DNA of 32,027 nt, from assembly GCA_000388065.2 (NCBI GenBank), contig KB932202.1, one strand, 5' to 3'. Positions 21,509-29,836 of the stretch are shown piece by piece (position 1 is the first letter of the stretch; each line of letters opens with the position of its first letter). Source of the DNA: Fonticula alba ATCC 38817 (taxonomy: Eukaryota > Protista > Nucleariida). The position numbers and the translations under genes were made by a program. The notes under the pieces are model-generated. The model had not been told where the DNA came from. It ran no database searches and was given only the letters and a program-made list of their open reading frames with translations.

Positions 21509-23381
21509 ATGTTCGGTCGGCGGTTCCTGGCAGCCGGGCTGGCATCGGTCGTGGCCCTGGCGAGCGTTACTGCCATGATTCCCTCCCTCACGGCACAGCC
21601 ACCTGGCGATGGGAATGGCAGAGAGGCCGATAGCAGCAGCAGCAGCAGCAGCACCAGCGGCTCCGTGCGCCGGTATACTGACCCTCGCCATCCCGCCGCC
21701 TCCCCGGCCCCGGCCACCGCCTCTCCCCGGTGGCGCTGCCTCCTTTCCTCTCGATTGGCTGGGCCCTTGGCTTGCTCGGCCGCCCCCGGCCCGGACACGC
21801 TTGCTCCCCCTGCGGTGTCCTCTCACGCCTCTCCCCCCAGAACAATGACCAGCCGCATCGAGGACCGCTCCACTGTCCATAAGGTTGCCATCATTGGCTC
21901 TGGCCCGGCGTGCGTCTGCCCCATTCTTCCCCCCCCCCCCCTTCGCCCGTTCACCCTCCCCTCCTCTTCCCGCCCACCTTCCCCCTGGCCCAAGGCCTGG
22001 GAGGGGCCTTCCCCCGGCATCCGCTCCTCCTCCCTCCCGGCTAACCGTGTTCCCTCCCTCCAAAGCGGCCACACCGCTGCCATCTACACCTCGCGCGCCA
22101 ACCTGGAGCCCATCATGTTTGAGGGCCTCATGGCTGCCGGCGTCAGCGCCGGTGGCCAGCTGACCACCACCACTGACGTGGAGAACTTCCCCGGCTTCCC
22201 CGGCGGCATTATGGGCCCTGTGCTGATGGATCGTCTGCGCGAGCAGTCTGCCTCCTTCGGCACCGAGATCATCACGTACGTGTGTCATTGCTTGGCCCTC
22301 CGACCTGGACCCCGGCCCTGCCGCCCTTCGCCCTCCCCCGGTCGCTGTCGGCTTGCAACATGCGCAAACGCCGCACCGGCGAAGGGAGCCAGCACCCGTA
22401 CTTACACCCCTGTGCGCTGCACCATGCTGAACTTGCGCTCCTGCCCAACCTCGCCCCATCTCCACCCCCCACACTCAGCGACACCGTCTCCAAGGTCGAC
22501 CTCTCCGCCCGGCCCTTCAAGATCTGGCCCGAGTACGACGAGAACCAGGAGCCGATTCTGGCCGAGACGGTCATCATCGCCACCGGTGCCACCGCCAAGC
22601 GCCTGAACATCCCCGGCGAGGATACCCTCTGGATGAACGGCATTTCCGCCTGCGCGGTCTGCGACGGTGCGTGGCCCTCTTTTCCTCCCCCCCCCCCCTC
22701 CCATACCTCCGCACCTTTGACTAAGACAAGTGCTTCCTCCCCTTCCCCGTCCACACCCCGGACGCCCCTTGGCGAATGTGCTTGCTCACCCGTCCATTCA
22801 CACTTGCAATCTCGGGCGGGTGCGGGGGGACCCGGGAAAAAAAAAACACAACAGGCGCCCTTCCCCTCTTCCGCAACCAGCCCCTGGCTGTCGTTGGCGG
22901 TGGCGACTCCGCCGTTGAGGAGGCCCTTTTCCTGACCAAGTACGCCTCCAAGGTGTACGTCCTGGTCCGCCGTGATGCCCTGCGCGCGTCCAAGATCATG
23001 GCCGACCGCCTGGCCGCTCACCCCAAGGTGGAGATCATGTGGAACTCCGCCGCCGAGTCCGCTCACGGCGAGGGCACCCTCAAGTCCATCACCGTGGTCA
23101 GCACCATCAACCCCGAGGAGAAGTCCACCCTGGAGGTGGCCGGCCTCTTCTACGCCATTGGCCACATCCCGAACACCGCCTTCCTTGAGGGGCAGCTGCC
23201 GGTCGACTCGGACGGCTACCTGCTGGTTACCCCGGGCTCCACCACCACCAGCATTCCGGGTGTCTTCGCTTGCGGTGATGTCGCCGACAAGAAGTACCGC
23301 CAGGCCATCACCGCCGCCGGGACTGGCTGCATGGCTGCCCTGGAGGCCGAGCGCTTCCTCGAGGCCAACACCTCCCATTAA
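21509..23381 (+). CDS. TRR1: NADPH-dependent thioredoxin reductase, low-molecular-weight (TrxB/TRR1/NTR) type; core join(21845..21909,22066..22275,22479..22666,22855..23381) = 329 aa, with an optional upstream in-frame extension from ATG 21509
   Basis: [33 protein letters not shown], the CAVC redox motif ([11 protein letters not shown], spliced), [20 protein letters not shown] and [24 protein letters not shown]. The core exons sum to 990 nt. Confidence 0.97.
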
Positions 23382-23561
23382 TTTCCTTGAGCCCTCCTCT
23401 CCTCCCCTGAGGGCATATTGTGCTTCCCCCAGTCAATTCATCGTCCATGCGTGCTTGATCCATCCGGATATTCTCTCGGGCCTCGGGGGGGGGAAGACAT
23501 TGGCCTCCTTCCTCCCGGCCTCCCGGCCTCCCCCCTGATGTCCTCCCGAGAGAGCATGTGA

Positions 23562-23567
23562 AATAAA
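23562..23567 (+). promoter_or_regulatory. Candidate AATAAA polyadenylation signal for the thioredoxin reductase
   Basis: AATAAA about 180 nt after the TAA stop. Motif match only. Confidence 0.35.
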
Positions 23568-23826
23568 ACACAATACGCTCGAGATGTATCCACAGAGAGG
23601 GAGAGGGAGAGGGGGAGCATATGACCATTTTGGTATCCCTGCACCTGGCGGCATGGCGCGCCACATGCAACTAAAAAGGATCGCGAGGGAGTGGGCTTTG
23701 ATTTCTTGGGCGCCGAGCGAGGAGAGCACAGGAGGCAAGAGAGGAAGACAGAGGGGCAGAGAGGGGGGGGGGGGGGGGAACAGGAGAGACCCCAGGCGAC
23801 ACCTCGACGCCCATGGTCAGCCTGTC

Positions 23827-24623
23827 TCACGGGCAAATGTCGTCGCCCGAGCCGCCGATGTAGCTCGGCAACCGGGACCTGCAGGAATCCAGGGGGAGGG
23901 AGCTGGTGCAGCTCAGACCGGAGCACTGACCAGAAGCCAGGAAGATGGATGCACAGGCACGCGAGCAAAAGCGCGGGGAGCCATCGTTCGAGCAGAGGGA
24001 CTTGGCCTGCTGGAGCAGCGGATCGGTGCAGTCCAGGGGAGCCAGATCCGGGAAGTTGAAGGGCACCCCGAAGTCAAAGTCGAACAGCAAATCAAAGCCG
24101 ATCTTGAAGGAGGGGGTGGTGCAGATTTGCACGTCGTCCAGCAGGCTCGTCCCGAAGGGAGAGCGCTGGCACAGGAGCTTGTAGTTCATGAGGTTGATGG
24201 TGCAGGTGTTGCGACTGTAGGTGCAGCCAAGGGTGTCCACCAGCAGATTCTGGCAGGTGGAGTTGCAAATGGCCGCCTTGTCGTACAGACAGTTACGGAC
24301 GAAGTCGAAGCGCTTTTGCACGAGGGTCGACGTGGTCCCGGGGCAGAGGGGGTCGAAGGCGGCCGAGACCACGGTGGCCAACAGGGCGAGGATGGCTTCG
24401 AGTGCACGGGGGTGGGGGAGGATGAGCAATGAGAGAGAGACGAGCCCCAGGAGGAGGGGCACAGGGGGAGGGAGAGAAAGAGAGAAAGAGAGAGAGAGAG
24501 AGGGAGGGAGGGAGCGGGAGGGAGAGAGCGGGAGGGAGCGGGAGGGAGAGAGCGGGAGGGAGAGAGCGGGAGGGAGCGGGAGGAGGGGAACGCACCCGCA
24601 AACAGCAGAGGCAAGCGAGACAT
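23827..24623 (-). CDS. Secreted cysteine-rich protein of unknown family, 198 aa, two tandem 8-Cys modules; complement(join(23827..24395,24596..24623))
   Basis: Splicing the phase-1 GTGCGT..AAG intron builds a clean signal peptide, MSRLPLLFAAILALLATVVSA. The protein has 16 Cys, one N-S-T sequon and GC3-rich codons. Exons sum to 597 nt. Confidence 0.85.
24470..24582 (+). repeat. Compound (GA)n / GAGCGGGAGGGA repeat inside the intron of the secreted-protein gene
   Basis: Several GAGCGGGAGGGA(GA) units read directly; pyrimidine-rich on the sense (minus) strand. Confidence 0.8.
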
Positions 24624-25734
24624 GAGTAGGTGGAGGAGAAGAGGCGAGCGGCGGACACAAAGGAGCAGGACAACAATGGCGGGGAGCCGTGGCCGAAGCT
24701 CCGGAACACGAAACAGGGAGTGGGGAGCTTTTTTTTCTTTTTTTTTTCTCCCCCCAGTCGCGGGTCCCCTGGGCCAATCATCGCATCGGCCGCGCGAAAT
24801 AATGGAACGCCCGCCGGCCAGAGGCACCAGCCGGGCTTGCAGGCATCCGTGAAGTCTTGAGGACAGACGGTGCGGGGAAGTGGGCCTGCCTCCAAAGAGG
24901 AATGCGCGCCAACTGCAGGCGCCTTCCACGCTTGGGGGGGGGGGGGGGGGGAGCAGGAAGGCCTGGATCCTGGCGGCACCGCTGCTGTCCGGTGGAGCCT
25001 TCTGCCGGGGGTGAAAGCGAGAGCAGGGGGGGGCTCACCGGCAGACGGCTCGGTCATGATGAACCTTTTCCCCATCGGGAAGCCGGAGGTCCCCGGTTGA
25101 GCGGGATCTGCCAACCATGATCCATGCTGCCAGTGTGTGTGTGCTCTGCCCCCAATTCACCGGTGTTCTGGAATATGCGCTTAATCATATTGCCCGGTTA
25201 AGCTCGGCATGCAGTCTGGTGCCTGAGGGCGCCGCTTCGGATTTGGGGCCAACAGCTCCACCAGAAGCTGGACCGAAGAACGTTGCACGTGCCCCACCTC
25301 GAGCCCAATAAAGAGCCAGACCACAATGCGGCATCTTTCCGCGAGTCAGGACGCGTCCCTCGGGAGAGGGAGAGAGAGAGAGAGAGTGAGAGACCATCAG
25401 GAGCGCCTTCCTCCGCCTTCCACAGACCCAGCTGGACGGAGTTGCTGGTCTTCCCAGCGCCATCGGTGCTCGGGTCCCTCCCCAAAGAGGAGGCGGCTGC
25501 TCATTTGTCCTGGTTTCGCTCCGCTGTCTCCTCCTGAACATACCCCATCTTGGTCGTGGCAGATTCTCGCCCTCTCTCTCTCTCTCGTGCCCTCCGAGTG
25601 GATCGACTTTCTCCGGGGAAGGAGTCCCGCCCTTCTCGGCCTCGATGCACGAACACCGAAGGGGCGGTTCAAGTCCTTCACATAATTGAAGCGCTCGGAC
25701 TGATTCACCGAGGCTTGTTCTCCGATATGGAGAT

Positions 25735-26382
25735 CACACCTCGGAAGGAAGCATTTCGTCTCGAGAGGCAGGCAAGCGATGACAATAAAGCGCGCGCGGT
25801 CTTGTTGGGGAGGCAAAAGTATTTACATCAGAGGCTACTGGCTTCGGGGGGGGGGGGGGAAGAAAGCCAGACCAAGGAGGCAATGACTATCCTTTCTAGG
25901 GGAGTCGTACATGGGAAAGAGGGCGCGGATACCGTCCCTGATATAGGGGTTGGGCGTATGGGAGAAGGAGCACCTTGCCCCTCTTCCCTGGGCGCCGAGG
26001 GAGGGGGCGGCAGGGCGGGGCGAAGGTCTGTACATGGAGGCGCGGCTCTCCCCAAGAGGAAGAGGATCCGACTTCTCAGTTACGGTCACGTGGCGGCCCG
26101 TGGCCAGTCCTGGGATTTGGGCGGAGAAGGTTACAGAATTGAAACACTCCGGTTCTGGTGCGTGATTCTGGGGGACTGGTGAGGGCCTTCCCTGATCCAC
26201 CCAGAGTGTTCCGTCCCGAGAGGGCCACCACTCGGACGTGGACACAACAACAAAGGAAAGGAAAGCTGGTGATCGGCGTCTTTATAGGGAGTACATCAGG
26301 GACTGGGTCACACCGCTCCAGAGGAGCGACGTACAGAGGCAGGGCAACGGGAAGTCAAGGCCTCCGTTTGGAGGATGACCAT
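25735..26382 (-). CDS. Hypothetical spliced orphan gene or lncRNA; exon 1 26335..26382, exon 2 from 26167
   Basis: TATATAA at 26430-26436, ATG 48 nt downstream, a 16-codon exon ending at a GTACGT donor, a 167-nt intron ending CTCACCAGTCCCCCAG, an open exon 2, and a second donor GTACGA at 25910. No recognisable homology; weak codon bias. Confidence 0.25.
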
Positions 26383-26741
26383 TCTTCAAGGTGCTGTGCC
26401 CTTGGAGGAGAGGCGGGAAAAGGGGGCCGTTATATAGGGGTGCCCGGAAAAGAGGGAATCCATGGGGAAGAAGGGGAAAACGAGAGGGAATGGGTTGCAT
26501 CGTGGACGGGCGACGCTAACACCCACCTACGGGGAAAGGGAGGTGGAAAATGGATCTCCCGGCTATGTGATCACGCGGAGGACGTGACCAGATTTGGCGG
26601 GGAGGCGACAGTAGGGGAAGACAAAGCAGGGCGAGGTGAGGCAGGTGCGGAGGAGGCGAGCGGAGCGAAGTTCCGACGCGGCGTCGGAGGTGACATTATG
26701 GTTAGACAAATAGATGCGTCACGGCGCTCCCGCTACCCCAT

Positions 26742-26813
26742 GGTTGAGTGGTGTAATGGTTATCACGGCAGACTCTGAATCTGTCAATCCGAGTTCGATT
26801 CTCGGCTCGACCT
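26742..26813 (+). tRNA. tRNA-Gln (anticodon CTG)
   Basis: Acceptor stem GGTTGAG/CTCGACC, anticodon arm GCAGA-CTCTGAA-TCTGT, T-arm CCGAG-TTCGATT-CTCGG; 72 nt, ending in a TTTT run. Confidence 0.97.
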
Positions 26814-26925
26814 TTTGCACGCGGCGCGGCGAAAAAGCCCAGGGAGAGAGAAGGGGAACAACGTTCGGGGGGGATAGAAGGCCGAGGGTGTTGCACACGC
26901 GGCAGGCAACTGCCCAAAAAGAATG

Positions 26926-26997
26926 CTCCCGATCCGGGAATTGAACCCGGGCCTCCCGCGTGACAGGCGGGGATTCTCACCACTATACTAATCGGGA
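26926..26997 (-). tRNA. tRNA-Asp (anticodon GTC)
   Basis: Acceptor stem TCCCGAT/ATCGGGA, anticodon loop CTGTCAC, T-arm CCGGG-TTCAATT-CCCGG; 72 nt, with a T5 terminator 5 nt downstream. Confidence 0.97.
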
Positions 26998-28017
26998 CTC
27001 CCATGGCTACCGGCGCCCACGCCAGCCTCAAGTGCCTGGCGCTTCAGGCCGCCGGGCGCCGGCCCCGCCCGANNNNNNNNNNNNNNNNNNNNNNNNNNNN
27101 NNNNNNNNNNNNNNNNNNNNNNNNNNNNNNNNNNNNNNNNNNNNNNNNNNNNNNNNNNNNNNNNNNNNNNNNNNNNNNNNNNNNNNNNNNNNNNNNNNNN
27201 NNNNNNNNNNNNNNNNNNNNNNNNNNNNNNNNNNNNNNNNNNNNNNNNNNNNNNNNNNNNNNNNNNNNNNNNNNNNNNNNNNNNNNNNNNNNNNNNNNNN
27301 NNNNNNNNNNNNNNNNNNNNNNNNNNNNNNNNNNNNNNNNNNNNNNNNNNNNNNNNNNNNNNNNNNNNNNNNNNNNNNNNNNNNNNNNNNNNNNNNNNNN
27401 NNNNNNNNNNNNNNNNNNNNNNNNNNNNNNNNNNNNNNNNNNNNNNNNNNNNNNNNNNNNNNNNNNNNNNNNNNNNNNNNNNNNNNNNNNNNNNNNNNNN
27501 NNNNNNNNNNNNNNNNNNNNNNNNNNNNNNNNNNNNNNNNNNNNNNNNNNNNNNNNNNNNNNNNNNNNNNNNNNNNNNNNNNNNNNNNNNNNNNNNNNNN
27601 NNNNNNNNNNNNNNNNNNNNNNNNNNNNNNNNNNNNNNNNNNNNNNNNNNNNNNNNNNNNNNNNNNNNNNNNNNNNNNNNNNNNNNNNNNNNNNNNNNNN
27701 NNNNNNNNNNNNNNNNNNNNNNNNNNNNNNNNNNNNNNNNNNNNNNNNNNNNNNNNNNNNNNNNNNNNNNNNNNNNNNNNNNNNNNNNNNNNNNNNNNNN
27801 NNNNNNNNNNNNNNNNNNNNNNNNNNNNNNNNNNNNNNNNNNNNNNNNNNNNNNNNNNNNNNNNNNNNNNNNNNNNNNNNNNNNNNNNNNNNNNNNNNNN
27901 NNNNNNNNNNNNNNNNNGGGGGGGGGGGGGGGGACGCAAAAGCAGGGCCGCCCCCGCACAAGGGCACGCACGCGGGCCGAGGACAAAATGGGAGTCCGTC
28001 TCCCGGCCAAAAGTAAG

Positions 28018-28089
28018 TGTGGATACCCAGAATCGAACTGGGGCCGAGTGGGCCACAACCACTTATACTAACCACTATACGATATCCAC
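28018..28089 (-). tRNA. tRNA-His (anticodon GTG)
   Basis: Acceptor stem GTGGATA/TATCCAC with A73, anticodon arm AGTGG-TTGTGGC-CCACT, T-arm CCCAG-TTCGATT-CTGGG; 72 nt, with a TTTT terminator downstream. Confidence 0.97.
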
Positions 28090-28815
28090 CCACATGGAAG
28101 CACGACCCTCGTGTCGCTCTCATAAAGCCCTCCTGCCACACCACGCCGAGGCTGGCCGGCGCCCGCGCGCCCCTCGGCAGCCGGCACCAGCCAAGCGGCC
28201 GAGGAAAGGACGCCGCTGCCCCCCGCGACGCTGGCACCGGCAACGAGGGCTCCGACAGAAAAAAATCAGGCCGCCCCCCGGCCCCGGCTTTGCCCGGGCC
28301 GAACGAAAGCCGCGGCCCAGAGGCCAGTGGCGCAGATGGGCCCCCCCCCCCCCCCCCCCCCCCCAACCAGCCTCCCGGCCGCCGCCCCTTCTGCGACCTA
28401 ATTAGCCCCGAAGCAAGCCGACCATGCCCCGGCCAGCTGACAGAGACAACACGGCCCCACGCCAGCCCGGCAACCGCCCCGCCGGAGATGTACCCCGGTC
28501 CGGCCCTCGCCGCGGACAATATATCCCCCAAGGGAGCATGACATCCCCAATCCCGGGGGCGCCGACGCCCCTAAATATCGGCCAGCACCCGCGCCAGACG
28601 CCGGCCAGGTAGCATCCCCTCCCCGGTCCCCCGGGCCTGGCGCCCTGCCCCCGCACGCACGCGCGCACGCACGCACGCACGCACGCACACACGAGGCTCG
28701 ACCAGCCCCAGATCGCGGGCAAACGTCGATCCGGTGGTGGAGATCCGGGGAATGCTATTCCTCATGGCGCCGCATGTGCCGCCGCACACGGAGCCCGCGC
28801 TGGCAGCCCGGACGT

Positions 28816-29720
28816 CCTCGGCCAGGGGCCCGATATGGCCACCCCCCGATCGCCCCGGGGCGGGGCCCCAGCTTTCGGCCGCCCGCCCGCGCGAGCCAGG
28901 CAACCCGGCACCGGGGCACGCCTCTCCCCCCCCCCCCCCCCCNNNNNNNNNNNNNNNNNNNNNNNNNNNNNNNNNNNNNNNNNNNNNNNNNNNNNNNNNN
29001 NNNNNNNNNNNNNNNNNNNNNNNNNNNNNNNNNNNNNNNNNNNNNNNNNNNNNNNNNNNNNNNNNNNNNNNNNNNNNNNNNNNNNNNNNNNNNNNNNNNN
29101 NNNNNNNNNNNNNNNNNNNNNNNNNNNNNNNNNNNNNNNNNNNNNNNNNNNNNNNNNNNNNNNNNNNNNNNNNNNNNNNNNNNNNNNNNNNNNNNNNNNN
29201 NNNNNNNNNNNNNNNNNNNNNNNNNNNNNNNNNNNNNNNNNNNNNNNNNNNNNNNNNNNNNNNNNNNNNNNNNNNNNNNNNNNNNNNNNNNNNNNNNNNN
29301 NNNNNNNNNNNNNNNNNNNNNNNNNNNNNNNNNNNNNNNNNNNNNNNNNNNNNNNNNNNNNNNNNNNNNNNNNNNNNNNNNNNNNNNNNNNNNNNNNNNN
29401 NNNNNNNNNNNNNNNNNNNNNNNNNNNNNNNNNNNNNNNNNNNNNNNNNNNNNNNNNNNNNNNNNNNNNNNNNNNNNNNNNNNNNNNNNNNNNNNNNNNN
29501 NNNNNNNNNNNNNNNNNNNNNNNNNNNNNNNNNNNNNNNNNNNNNNNNNNNNNNNNNNNNNNNNNNNNNNNNNNNNNNNNNNNNNNNNNNNNNNNNCCTC
29601 GGCCAGGGGCCCGATATGGCCACCCCCCGATCTCCCCGGGGCGGGGCCGCAGCCTTAGGGCGGCCGCCCGCGCTAGCCAGGCAACCCTGGGCCGGGGCAC
29701 GCTTCTGCCCCTCCCCCCCC
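28816..29720 (+). repeat. Diverged direct repeat of about 120 bp, with copies on either side of the 654-N gap (28816-28930 and 29597-29715)
   Basis: The first 36 nt (CCTCGGCCAGGGGCCCGATATGGCCACCCCCCGATC) are identical. The rest aligns with scattered substitutions, and both copies end in poly-C. Confidence 0.85.
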
Positions 29721-29740
29721 CCCCTTTCCGCCCCGCGCAC

Positions 29741-29770
29741 CTCGCCTCGCCTCGCCTCGCCTCGCCTCGC
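29741..29770 (+). repeat. (CTCGC)x6 pentanucleotide repeat just upstream of the TAD3 start
   Basis: Read directly. Confidence 0.95.
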
Positions 29771-29836
29771 CTCGTCCTGCCTCTCGCACCCACCCCCTCC
29801 CCCCTCCCTCTCTCCTCCCCCACCCCCTCCCCCACC

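Noticed and set aside
23824-23830. GTGAGA overlapping the stop of the secreted protein, a possible extra intron
   Set aside because: No intron in this window uses a GTGAG donor, and the stop falls neatly after the 16th Cys.
23833-24345. Calling the 8-Cys modules hydrophobins or nsLTP/prolamin domains
   Set aside because: Both families need adjacent CC pairs, which are absent.
25198-25560. Minus-strand frame with an in-frame TGA at 25501-25503 (possible selenocysteine), and a nearby LLVELLAPNPKRRP stretch resembling kinase subdomain XI
   Set aside because: No SECIS-like element, no selenoprotein motif, and no other kinase subdomains in compatible frames.
26661-26678. Near-palindrome TCCGACGC-G-GCGTCGGA upstream of tRNA-Gln
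   Set aside because: A single GC-rich 8-bp inverted repeat, not distinguishable from chance.
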